A DNA stretch of 64,000 nucleotides from Promethearchaeota archaeon Loki_b32 (GTDB lineage: Archaea > Asgardarchaeota > Lokiarchaeia > Sigyniarchaeales > SOKP01). The notes below the pieces were generated by a model. That model saw only the letters and a list, made by a program, of their open reading frames with translations. It searched no databases and was not told the origin of the DNA. The stretch lies in contig NJBH01000003.1 of assembly GCA_005223125.1 (NCBI GenBank), forward strand, positions 64,001 to 128,000. The letters run 5' to 3'. Shown here piece after piece: positions 10,112 through 19,776 of this stretch (the stretch's first letter is position 1; each line of letters opens with the position of its first letter). Both the position numbers and the translations under genes were made by a program.

Positions 10112-11797
10112 ATGTCTTGGGAAGAATTTAATCAACATCCGCATACTATTTGTGGTGTAATCGAAAAATGGGCTAAAGAAAGACCAGATAAAACTGCTTT
10201 TATAATATACGACACAGAAAAAGAAGTTACTTATAAGGAATTCAAAGAAGCAATTACAGCAATGGCATTCAAACTTTATAACATGGGATTTAGAAAAGGA
10301 GATATAATAGCAACTTCTTTACCTTTCCTATATGAACATATTATATTAGGCTATGCTTGTGCTAAGTTAGGTATAATGTGGACTCCAATGGATTTAAGAT
10401 TAAAACCACCAGAAATTATGAAGAACTTAGATTTATTAAAAGCGAAGTGTAAGATGTATTGCCACCTTGGAAAAACTTCAGTTGCAAATTTTGGGATGAT
10501 TGGAGCAGCAGTAAAAAAGAATACTCCCTGGTTAGAATATGTTGTCCAATTTAGTACTCCAGATGATAAGTATAGAAGCGGAATACTTCCAGCATATCAA
10601 ATTGCTGAAGAGGCGAAAAATGAGATAATTGACGCTATGAAAAACCCTGAATCTATGAAAGGATTTATGGAAGAATGTGCCAAAGTAGGAGAAGATGATC
10701 CTATTATTATTATTTTAACAACAGGCTCTACAGGTTGGCCAAAGCCAGCTATGTTGACTAATAAAAGTATAACTTGTCAAAATTTGTGTTTAGCAAAAGG
10801 TTTCAATATAGAAGATGATGATAAAATGCTTGTAAACCTCCCTCCATCACATGTGGGTGGAACTACTGAGCAATTTATGACTCCTATATTTGGTGGTGCA
10901 ACTTGCGTAGTTTTACACGTTTTTGATCCCGTAAAAACATTAGATGCTATTCAAAAATATAAAGTAACCACATTTGGTCAAATTCCTGCTTTATTTGTAA
11001 TGGAATGGCGATTACCGAATTATAATGATTATGATCTAAGTTCATTAAAGTTTGCTCTATACGGAGGTCAAGCAGTAGACAGACCTTTCCTTGAAAAACT
11101 ATCATCTATGGCTCCGAAATTTGGTAGTGGTCTCGGATTAACTGAGTCCTCAGGATTTTGTACATACACACCATTAGATGGCACTGTTGATGATATTCTT
11201 GCGGGTCTTGGAACAGATTATCCGATCTATCCTATGAGTGTTAGGAAACAAATGAAAGAAGATGGATCTGCTGGCGATGAATTACCAGATGGAGAGATTG
11301 GTGAGATTTGCTTTCAAGGGCCACAAAATTTTCTAGGGTATTTCGGGAACGAAGAAGCTACACGAGCAACGTTATCTACCGATGGGGTTCTTTATACCGG
11401 TGATATGGGTTATAAAGATGAAAGTGGACTTCACCTTTCAGGTCGTAGAAAATACCTTATTAAACCTAAAGGATATCAAGTCTTTCCCCCTGAAGTAGAA
11501 GGTTTTATTGCTGATATACCACAAGTTGAGTTTGTTGGTGTAGTTGGTGCAAAACATGAAGTATTTACTGATGGTATTGTAGCATATATTAAAGTAAGAG
11601 AGGGTGAAAACTTAATAGAAGAAGAAGTATACGAACATTGCAAAAGTATGGCTGCTTATAAGAGACCATCTTTAGTTGTATTTTTAGATGAATTTCCATT
11701 AAATAGAGTTGCTAAGACAGATTATGTAGTTTTGAAGGAACGTGTAGATAATGATATCGAAGAAGCTCGAGTAAAAGGTGGATGGGATGCCAAATGA
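10112..11797 (+). CDS. acyl-CoA synthetase (AMP-forming)
   Basis: TTGSTGWPK, GLGLTE, YTGDMG, GRRKYLIK. Confidence 0.9.
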   Translation: MSWEEFNQHPHTICGVIEKWAKERPDKTAFIIYDTEKEVTYKEFKEAITAMAFKLYNMGFRKGDIIATSLPFLYEHIILGYACAKLGIMWTPMDLRLKPPEIMKNLDLLKAKCKMYCHLGKTSVANFGMIGAAVKKNTPWLEYVVQFSTPDDKYRSGILPAYQIAEEAKNEIIDAMKNPESMKGFMEECAKVGEDDPIIIILTTGSTGWPKPAMLTNKSITCQNLCLAKGFNIEDDDKMLVNLPPSHVGGTTEQFMTPIFGGATCVVLHVFDPVKTLDAIQKYKVTTFGQIPALFVMEWRLPNYNDYDLSSLKFALYGGQAVDRPFLEKLSSMAPKFGSGLGLTESSGFCTYTPLDGTVDDILAGLGTDYPIYPMSVRKQMKEDGSAGDELPDGEIGEICFQGPQNFLGYFGNEEATRATLSTDGVLYTGDMGYKDESGLHLSGRRKYLIKPKGYQVFPPEVEGFIADIPQVEFVGVVGAKHEVFTDGIVAYIKVREGENLIEEEVYEHCKSMAAYKRPSLVVFLDEFPLNRVAKTDYVVLKERVDNDIEEARVKGGWDAK

Positions 11798-11975
11798 ATA
11801 ATTTTTTTTTAATCTAATTATATTTACAATGGTAATTTGAAATTGCACAACATTAAAATCTAAACTTAGTTTATAAAACTTAGATTATCTATAGATGACT
11901 TACCATAGATAAACTACAATTAAGGAAAACAAAAGAATCTAACAATTAAATAGGAAAAATTAAAGGTGATAGGTT

Positions 11976-12257
11976 TTGCCTATAGGAGATGACTCGAAGG
12001 TTTATATCGGCAGAAAGAAAACAATGAATTATGTAATGGCTGCTATAGTTGTACTAAATGAAGAACCAGTTACTTTATTAGCTCGAGGCCGTTCCATTTC
12101 TCGAGCTGTAGATGTAGCAGAAATTCTAATGCACACATTCATCAAGGGTAGTAGCTACGGGGCTATAAATATAAGTACTGAGACCCTTACTAATACAGAT
12201 GGCACTAGTAGTAATGTCTCAGCTATTGAAATTGAAATCATTCCGCCAAAAAAGTAA
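11976..12257 (+). CDS. albA: DNA/RNA-binding protein Alba
   Basis: VYIGRKKTMNYV, LLARGRSISRAVDVAE, SNVSAIEI; SD AAGGTGA upstream of TTG. Confidence 0.95.
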   Translation: MPIGDDSKVYIGRKKTMNYVMAAIVVLNEEPVTLLARGRSISRAVDVAEILMHTFIKGSSYGAINISTETLTNTDGTSSNVSAIEIEIIPPKK

Positions 12258-12278
12258 TTAAGAAAATCTAAAATTCAG

Positions 12279-12326
12279 GAGAAAATCAGGAGACTTTCTC
12301 GTAACTTTTTTTTTATTTTATTTTTT
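12279..12326 (+). terminator. possible hairpin + T-tract terminator after alba
   Basis: GAGAAA-ATCAGGAGAC-TTTCTC stem followed by long T runs, between convergent genes. Confidence 0.35.
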
Positions 12327-12371
12327 AAACTATTTTAAAAAATCCTTGGTTTAAGAGAAAGCGTAAAATTG

Positions 12372-12671
12372 TTAAAGTGTACTTTTTAATAATTCTAATT
12401 TATTTTGGAAATTCTCAATTTCCGACTTTTTAAGATTATTTGTATTGATATTTCGAATAATACTTATGAAATTTTTAATTATAGGATGTTGGAGTACCAC
12501 ACACTTCTGATTCAAGGTATTTACATCTAAAATTAACGCGGAATCTAATTGCGCTCCCATTCCTAATACATCTTTAAAAATCAATTCATTATCGTCTGTA
12601 TATGATAAGATTAAAATATCTTCTGCTATCTGAGAACCATCGCTTTCATTTATTATTTTAAATTCACACAT
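12372..12671 (-). CDS. CooT-like nickel-binding protein with C-terminal extension
   Basis: MCEF start (ATG 12671 preferred over track start 12707), IAEDI, FKDVLG; divergent from cdhB/cdhC. Confidence 0.7.
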   Translation of the reverse strand: MCEFKIINESDGSQIAEDILILSYTDDNELIFKDVLGMGAQLDSALILDVNTLNQKCVVLQHPIIKNFISIIRNINTNNLKKSEIENFQNKLELLKSTL

Positions 12672-12835
12672 GATTACTTTTTCACTTCTGAAAAATTCAT
12701 AAATCAACCTATTTTAAGTTAAACTTAATCAAACTTTTACGTGAATTAAGTAACTTTTATTTTTAATTTCAGATTTTACTATATAAAATAATTAATTATT
12801 TTAAAAGTTCTAGTTAAAAATAAAAACAGAGGAAG

Positions 12836-13375
12836 TTGAGTGAAATGGCACGTCCATATCAAAAAGCTAATATCCCCGGCCCTGAAATGGGCACTTCTGT
12901 CTCAGATCCGATGGTGATGGCAAATTTACTTAAAACTCCTAAGAAGTGTGTTTTCGTTATTGGTGCTGAATCTTTAAATTGGGAGCTTGGTGGTAAAAAA
13001 GTTGCGGATTACTTCATAGAAATTACAAATAAAATTGATTGTCATGTAGTTTCTACAGGACATGCATACAGTTATTTGAAAGATAAGATAGCAGATCATA
13101 AATTATATGATATGTCTTTGATAAATATTACAAACCGTTTATCTGATAAAGATTGGGCAGGTTTAGATGGAGAAGGACAATATTCAATGGCAATATTTGG
13201 TGGACACATAGTTTTCTACGTTTCTCAAACATTATCACGGCTTAAAAACTTTACAAACTGGTTAAGAACAATTGATCTAGATAAATATGCTCATCCAAAC
13301 GCTAGATTTAGTTTACCAAATCTAAACGAGGAAGAATGGAAAACGTTTTTAGAAAATTTGATTGAAAAATTATAA
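12836..13375 (+). CDS. cdhB: acetyl-CoA decarbonylase/synthase complex epsilon subunit
   Basis: PYQKANIPGP, WAGLDGEGQY, FYVSQTLSRLKNF, HPNARFSLPNL. Confidence 0.9.
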   Translation: MSEMARPYQKANIPGPEMGTSVSDPMVMANLLKTPKKCVFVIGAESLNWELGGKKVADYFIEITNKIDCHVVSTGHAYSYLKDKIADHKLYDMSLINITNRLSDKDWAGLDGEGQYSMAIFGGHIVFYVSQTLSRLKNFTNWLRTIDLDKYAHPNARFSLPNLNEEEWKTFLENLIEKL

Positions 13376-13410
13376 AAATAAAGATTAAAAAATATGAGGA
13401 GATTTAATAT

Positions 13411-14844
13411 ATGAGTTTTTCTGACTTACCTTTTGAAGTGGGACCGGTTTACGAAGGCGAGCGAATACGTGGCAATCAAATGTATGTAGAGCTTGGCGGT
13501 CCAAAAATTGAAAAGCATTTTGAACTTACTAGGGTAAAAAAAGATAAAGAAATTGAGGATGGAAAGGTTACAATTATTGGACCTAATATAAAAGACATGG
13601 AAGAAGGAGGGCGCTATCCAATAGGAATCTTAGTGGAAGTCGCCGGACCTGAGCTGGAGGAGGACCTCGAGGCCGTGTTTGAGCGCAGAATTCATGAATT
13701 CTGTAACTTTGTAAATGGAATAATGCACTTGAACCAGAGGTATACGAACTGGATGAGGCTCTCGAAGAGTTTAATAGAGAAGGGCTTTAACGATCTTACT
13801 ATGCTTGGAACTGTTTTAATACGATTATATAAAGCGGAATTACCAATCATAAAAAAGGCACAAGTTACTTTAATAACTGACCCTGAAAAAATTGGAGAAA
13901 CTTATGATTTTGCTTTAGAAATATACAACAAGAGAGATGAAAGAGCCCGTAGTATCAACGATGAGGATGTAGACATGTTTTATGGCTGTGTCCTCTGCCA
14001 ATCATTTGCACCAACTCATGCCTGTTGTATTACACCAAATCGTATGAGTTTATGTGGATCGATCTCATGGTTTGATGCCAGAGCCGCTGCGCGTGTGGAC
14101 CCAAAGGGGCCACTGTTCGAAGTACCTATGGGCAAGTGTTTAAATGAATTAGCAGGTGAGTTTGAAGGAGTCAACGAAATGATAAAAAAGCGTTCACTTG
14201 GAGATATCGAAAGAATTTATCTCTACAGTGGAATGGAGTACCCTCACACTAGCTGTGGCTGCTTTGAAGCAATTGATTTCTTTATTCCCGAGACAGGTGC
14301 AGGTCATGGAATCATCGATCGAAACCACGATGGAGTTGCGATTAATGGTCTACCTTTTAGTGCAATGGCCAATCAGACGGGCGGAGGAAAACAAATGCCC
14401 GGTTTTAATGGTATAAGCATGCAATACATTATATCACCTAAATATCAAAAATATGATGGAATAAAATCAGGATTGGATTCTGGAATTCACACAATCGTAT
14501 GGATGGGTAAAACCGTTAAAGATCGAGTTTATGAATTTCTTCCAGAAGATCTAAGAGATAAAATTGCAACTGAAGAGGAAGTTGCAGATTTAAGTGATTT
14601 ACCAGCATGGTTAGAAAAAGTTGGTCATCCAATTATAGAAACTGAAGAATACAAGGCTGCGGTGAGTGGTGTTGAGGAAGAAGAATGGGAAGAAGAAGGA
14701 GCCATGGTTCCAATGGGAACTATTGGAATGACTATCCCGGGTGTCGGTGGAGCGGGTGGATTTAAAGTGATACTAAAGAATTGCAAGATCCACGCAGAGT
14801 CAATTATAATCAAAAAGATTGAGCCTAAACGGAAGAAGAAATAA
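13411..14844 (+). CDS. cdhC: acetyl-CoA decarbonylase/synthase complex beta subunit (acetyl-CoA synthase)
   Basis: YEGERIR, VELGGP, ERRIHEF, FYGCVLCQSFAPTH, PHTSCGCFEAI, GGGKQMPGF. Confidence 0.97.
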   Translation: MSFSDLPFEVGPVYEGERIRGNQMYVELGGPKIEKHFELTRVKKDKEIEDGKVTIIGPNIKDMEEGGRYPIGILVEVAGPELEEDLEAVFERRIHEFCNFVNGIMHLNQRYTNWMRLSKSLIEKGFNDLTMLGTVLIRLYKAELPIIKKAQVTLITDPEKIGETYDFALEIYNKRDERARSINDEDVDMFYGCVLCQSFAPTHACCITPNRMSLCGSISWFDARAAARVDPKGPLFEVPMGKCLNELAGEFEGVNEMIKKRSLGDIERIYLYSGMEYPHTSCGCFEAIDFFIPETGAGHGIIDRNHDGVAINGLPFSAMANQTGGGKQMPGFNGISMQYIISPKYQKYDGIKSGLDSGIHTIVWMGKTVKDRVYEFLPEDLRDKIATEEEVADLSDLPAWLEKVGHPIIETEEYKAAVSGVEEEEWEEEGAMVPMGTIGMTIPGVGGAGGFKVILKNCKIHAESIIIKKIEPKRKKK

Positions 14845-14956
14845 ACCTAATTATTTTTATTATTTTATTTTTATTATCTACAATTGCTTAATGACTTCTT
14901 TAATTGGTATTATCATAAGTATTTTTTTTAATTCTATTTTTTTTTTTATCCTGTAA

Positions 14957-15631
14957 TCATTTTCTTTTAATTTCATAAAAAATACTTGAATTATCAATTT
15001 CTACTATTGTTGTATCAATATGAAAATTAGAGGTTAGTGGTAAAAATTCTTCTGGTGTAATTGTTGTTGCTGTGAAACCATCTTTACATATGATGGTTCC
15101 ATTATAAGTTCTGTTATAATCAATTTCTCCAATTAAACCATATTTAGATTGTAATTGAAACCACTTTAGACGGTCATCCCAAAATTTTTCGGAATAACTT
15201 GAAAAAATAACGTATCCATCCTCTTTAGTGACCCTAATACTTTCTGATAATAACTTTAATTTGTCAACTTGAAAAGCAGATATTCCATTTTGAATACAGA
15301 TAACTAAATCAAACATACAGCTACGAAATACTAAATTTATTGCATCCATTGTTAACAATAAGCAATTTGGGCTGTGTTTAAGTATTTTCTTTGCTAAAAT
15401 CAAATTAGAATATACATTGTCGATTCCTATTACAATGGTAGCCTTAGTGGCGATTTGAGAGAGAAGACGTCCATATCCACATCCTAATTCTAAAACAACA
15501 TCTTTTGAGGTGATTTTTTGTAAGACATGATCTATTTCTGCTTTTAAATATTTTTGAATTCTCGGCGGAGCAATATCATAACATTTCTTCAATCTTAATG
15601 CAGATAATTTATCTTTGTAGTAATTTGTCAT
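14957..15631 (-). CDS. class I SAM-dependent methyltransferase
   Basis: VLELGCGYGR, IGID, MDA, FDLVIC. Confidence 0.9.
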   Translation of the reverse strand: MTNYYKDKLSALRLKKCYDIAPPRIQKYLKAEIDHVLQKITSKDVVLELGCGYGRLLSQIATKATIVIGIDNVYSNLILAKKILKHSPNCLLLTMDAINLVFRSCMFDLVICIQNGISAFQVDKLKLLSESIRVTKEDGYVIFSSYSEKFWDDRLKWFQLQSKYGLIGEIDYNRTYNGTIICKDGFTATTITPEEFLPLTSNFHIDTTIVEIDNSSIFYEIKRK

Positions 15632-15933
15632 TCTTAGTCTAATTATGATTATTTGTCATATTAGATTTTACCATAAAAATTATTTCAACTTATAATCCTC
15701 AGTTGAATGAATATTATCTATTCTAATTATTTATTGGATTTTATCATCACCTTTGCATTTAATTTTAAAATAATGTAAACTGTCAGAATAGCGATCCTAG
15801 ATATTGGAAGGATAGAGTGATTTTTTTATTATTTTTTGATAAAAATGTAAAACTTTTTATTTCAAGAAATTAATTTACTTTTTGCCTTAGAATTCAATGT
15901 TATAAAATAAAATAATAATAGAGGTGGATTAAA

Positions 15934-16254
15934 TTGGTATATATCGTTACAAATAGTATCTTTCCGAGCCATAGAGCCCCAGAGGCTGGAAAAAAGTTCC
16001 TTGAACAGTTAAAAAAATATGCTGAAGATGAATCACTCGGAGAAACTCTTGTAAATGCAGCTGTAAAGACAACAACATGTGGAATAAGAGTTTTAAATGT
16101 AACAACAGTGAAAAAAGGGAAACTCGAAGAATCTCTAACTCGTGGTAATAAGATTTTAGCGATGTACAATGAAATTGAGGGATTTGAGTATACAATGGAG
16201 GTTTGGCAAGAACCAGCAGAAGCCTTAGCAACATTAGGATTGAAAATGCCTTAA
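15934..16254 (+). CDS. conserved small hypothetical protein
   Basis: 106 aa, SD GAGGTG before TTG, normal composition; preferred over two antisense shadows. Confidence 0.75.
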   Translation: MVYIVTNSIFPSHRAPEAGKKFLEQLKKYAEDESLGETLVNAAVKTTTCGIRVLNVTTVKKGKLEESLTRGNKILAMYNEIEGFEYTMEVWQEPAEALATLGLKMP

Positions 16255-16439
16255 TAATTATACTCTTTTGTGTAAAAATTACGAATTTTTAAATTCATTT
16301 TTTTTCTTATTAAGGGCTAAAAATAAATCTTAAAAGAGATTCTTTAGGTTTTTTTTAGACAATAATTGTTTTAATTTTTTTGTTGTTTCAACTAAGCCTT
16401 TGAAAAAAAAGAAAGTGATATAAAGTCTTAAGAAATCTG

Positions 16440-16976
16440 TTATTCTTCCAATATTTCCTTTTTTCGCAGATATTCTTCTTCAGTGATTTCTCCTTTAGCA
16501 AATTGAATTTTTAAAATTTTCAATGGATCTTGATGGGCATCAGCAGTAGTTTCTTTCAAATCTTTATCCCCCTCAATAAGTCTAACCGATTCTTGTATAG
16601 TATTTTTAATTAAAGGTATCATTTGAAGATCCATTAATTTTTCAATGTAATCTCTCTGTTTTTCAACCAATTTACGCAACAGCTTCCCTGCGAATCCTTT
16701 GGGTGTAATGATTTCAAGACTTTTATCATAAGTTATATCAACACTAGAAGGATTTTCTATGAAACTTATATTCATTTGAATTTGACCGCCTTCTGAGGGA
16801 AAAAGTTGGAAGGTTGTTGAGAATTGTTCCCTAGGACCAACATCCATTATTTGATATTTGGTTCCTTTTATCCAGAAGTCTTTTTTTGTAAATGTATCTA
16901 CAAATTTATTAAAAAGTGCTTTTAGATTATGAGGTATTCCCTCAATTGTATAAATTATTTGAGCTACTTGATTAAT
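16440..16976 (-). CDS. SHOCT-domain protein (start extended to ATT)
   Basis: C-terminal DPLKILKIQFAKGEITEEEYLRKKEIL; frame open 43 codons above the track ATG to an ATT 6 nt after GAGGAG. Confidence 0.75.
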   Translation of the reverse strand: MNQVAQIIYTIEGIPHNLKALFNKFVDTFTKKDFWIKGTKYQIMDVGPREQFSTTFQLFPSEGGQIQMNISFIENPSSVDITYDKSLEIITPKGFAGKLLRKLVEKQRDYIEKLMDLQMIPLIKNTIQESVRLIEGDKDLKETTADAHQDPLKILKIQFAKGEITEEEYLRKKEILEE

Positions 16977-17228
16977 ATTATACTCCTCTTATAAAATTGT
17001 TAATATTATTGTAGTTTTTCTATTATTAAAATTTTTTCTGTAAATATATTTGTTAAAATATCTTGTTTCTTCGACGTAATTTTTTTTAACATTTGTGTTG
17101 TGCTATCGCGACGGAATAATTCAAGAAACATTAACATTTAAATATCAAAATTTTGTCGATTATTAGGAGTAATACTATAAAGAATATATTCTTTAATCGA
17201 TTTAGGATAAACAGTATCGTATATTAAA

Positions 17229-17693
17229 ATGCTGATTCGTGAAGCTGGTATATTATTTCAAGGTCTTCCCATAATTTTCAAAAGTTATCATAGAGCTAGT
17301 AAGGAAAAAATCAATCTAATTTGTACAAGTGGACTAATGAGTGGACTGCTAACCTTTGCCGAATGCTTAATGGAGCCAGTTGAATATTTTGAAAGCAGCA
17401 AATATACGATTATTTTTAAGAAAAGAAAGATAATAGATTACTTTTCAATTGAGCAAGAAGTTGTTGCTTTTCTTGTGATAGATAAAGACGAAAGACTTGA
17501 GAAGTATTTACATAAGACTGTTTTTCCATTATTAGAAAAACTTTTAAAGAAATTTACTTCTCAATTTAAGGGTTGTAATTTCACGAAAGCAAAACAATTT
17601 GAGAAATTTAAAAGGACACTTAATATATTATTTGGAACAGGTACATTAACCTTCGAAGAAAAGGTTGCTTCAATATTATTATCTCCAAAATAA
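17229..17693 (+). CDS. putative longin-like domain protein
   Basis: IREAGILFQGLPIIFKSY, SGLMSGLLTFA, VEYFES, C-terminal FEKFKRTL helix. Confidence 0.55.
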   Translation: MLIREAGILFQGLPIIFKSYHRASKEKINLICTSGLMSGLLTFAECLMEPVEYFESSKYTIIFKKRKIIDYFSIEQEVVAFLVIDKDERLEKYLHKTVFPLLEKLLKKFTSQFKGCNFTKAKQFEKFKRTLNILFGTGTLTFEEKVASILLSPK

Positions 17694-18074
17694 TTCGGAG
17701 TAAAATCCTAGACATTAAAAAGTTTTTAAATCCAAACCAATCCGTAAATCTTCGATTTATTATTATTTGTATCAAAGTTCTTCTTATGGCTTTAGGATTT
17801 TTAAAAATATCAGTTAAAACATGAAGATTTTTATTATAATTAAACCAAAAAAAATAAAGATCACTCCACTATAAAAATAGTAAAAGTTGATTAAACCGAT
17901 ATCTAAATCTTTATTTTATTTTAATTGTATTTTTGATAATAAAACGTTTGACCTTTTTTGACATAATTATAAAATGAATTAAATACATTAATATCAAACC
18001 AAGAAAAGAAATTTCATTTTGAGGGGATTATAATAGAAAAATTTGATACAAATAACACTAAAAACTTTATTGAA

Positions 18075-18827
18075 TTGGAATCTAAAAGTTTAGAAAAATT
18101 ATTAAAAAATAATAATATTAATATAAGATTGAAGAAAAAACTGTCGAAAAAGCTGAAACATGTGTTAGTGATTGCTGATGGAATGAGAAGATATGCTTAT
18201 AAAAATAAAATCAATTTTGGTGAATCCTATTATTTAGCAACTAGAAAGATTGTTGAAATAAGTTTTTGGTTGCTAAAAAAATACGATATTGAGGAATTAA
18301 CGATATATGCATTAGCTTATAACAACACTTTGTACCGTAACTCATCAGAATTGAAACCGTTAAATCAAATTATTGATACAGCGGTTCAAGTTTGGATAAA
18401 CACTAAAGCTTTCATAGATTTGGTACAAATAAAATATTATGGTTTTATTAACGTTATGCCAAATTCAGTAAAGAACAATATTAGACTTCTTGAAAATTTA
18501 ACAAAAAATAATATAAAAAAATTAAATATATTATGGAATTATTCTGGACAACGAGAAATATTAAAAGCAATAAAAACTTTGAAATCTACCAAGATGGATT
18601 TGAATACATTAACACCTGAATCTTTTATGAATTTTTTAATGCTTAAATCATCTATAGATTTTATAATTAGAACTGGTGGTGATTTAAGAATCTCGGACGC
18701 TCCTCTATATCAAACTAGTTATGCTGAATTTTATTCGATTAAGAAATTATTCCCAGAAACAACTGAAAGGGAGATTATTAAAGCTCTTCAAGATTTTAAT
18801 TTACGAGAAAGGAGGTTTAGCCATTGA
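18075..18827 (+). CDS. divergent cis-prenyltransferase (UppS family)
   Basis: HVLVIADGMRRYA, LTIYAL, NYSGQREI, IDFIIRTGGDLRISD, SYAEFY, RERRF. Confidence 0.85.
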   Translation: MESKSLEKLLKNNNINIRLKKKLSKKLKHVLVIADGMRRYAYKNKINFGESYYLATRKIVEISFWLLKKYDIEELTIYALAYNNTLYRNSSELKPLNQIIDTAVQVWINTKAFIDLVQIKYYGFINVMPNSVKNNIRLLENLTKNNIKKLNILWNYSGQREILKAIKTLKSTKMDLNTLTPESFMNFLMLKSSIDFIIRTGGDLRISDAPLYQTSYAEFYSIKKLFPETTEREIIKALQDFNLRERRFSH

Positions 18828-19456
18828 ATGTTGATACAATAAAAAAATTAGTATTAAAGAGGATTAGTGGAATTAGCTTCGCTGCTGATCACGACTTCAC
18901 CCATGCAGTGAGAGTAGTGAATTACGCGTTATTCATAGCAGATAAACTAAATGCTGATAAGGAAATTGTCACTACTGCAGGATATTTGCATGATATAGGA
19001 CGAATAGAGGATAAAGGTGAAGAGAAACATTCATTAAATAGTGTGGAACTTGCAACAGCCATTCTAAAAGATCTAAATTTAAATTCTCTTAAAGCTCAAG
19101 CGATTCTTGAAGTAATTAAAGTTCATTCCATTGAAGAAATAGGTAAATTAGAGCGTTTTTCAAAAGAAGCTTTGTGTATTTTTATTGCAGACAAAGTTGA
19201 TGGGCTCGGAGCAATTGGGATTTCTCGAATATTTTTAGAGGCTGGTAGAAAAGGAAGGGATATTAACAAGACTATTGAATATGTACATGAAAAATATTTC
19301 TCTAAAGAAGAGAAAATAATGAAAATTGCTAAGAGACTTAAATTAACTGAAGATCTAGTAGGACAAAAAATACTAGATCGGTTAAAATTTTCGAAAAAAT
19401 TTTTCAATCACTTAATTGAAGAATTAGAATTTTTTAATAAAACATTACATAATTAG
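18824..19456 (+). CDS. HD-domain phosphohydrolase
   Basis: HDFTHAVRV, YLHDIGR, ADKVDGLGAIGISR; start overlaps upstream stop (TTGA). Confidence 0.9.
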   Translation: MNVDTIKKLVLKRISGISFAADHDFTHAVRVVNYALFIADKLNADKEIVTTAGYLHDIGRIEDKGEEKHSLNSVELATAILKDLNLNSLKAQAILEVIKVHSIEEIGKLERFSKEALCIFIADKVDGLGAIGISRIFLEAGRKGRDINKTIEYVHEKYFSKEEKIMKIAKRLKLTEDLVGQKILDRLKFSKKFFNHLIEELEFFNKTLHN

Positions 19457-19776
19457 AATATATTAAAAAGCAAAACTACCATTTCTCATAAGAAAATTAC
19501 AGATTCTTTCGAAATATATTCGCGGTAGAATCTTATTAATTAAAATTTAACGGATACTCATATCATATCAGCGTTTTCAAGATTGAGTATTCTTGAAAAA
19601 TAAACTTTACGAGTGAATCGGTATTAACTTGTGGGAACAGTTCTGATTAAAATTACTTTAAACCTTTATAGTCAAGATAATTAAATTTTTAAAAGTATTA
19701 GAAAAGATTATTTCTTTATCAGCTTACAATCTATTCCTATTTAAATTAAATAAAAAAAGAGAAGAATCTAAGAGTT

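Noticed and set aside
13630-13780. Locally GC-richer codons inside cdhC
   Set aside because: Short, not quantified, and within a conserved region; cannot distinguish recombination from noise.
19553-19599. Inverted repeat TTTTCAAGA...TCTTGAAAA between convergent genes
   Set aside because: Short AT-rich stem with no second copy seen; not enough to call an ncRNA or MITE.
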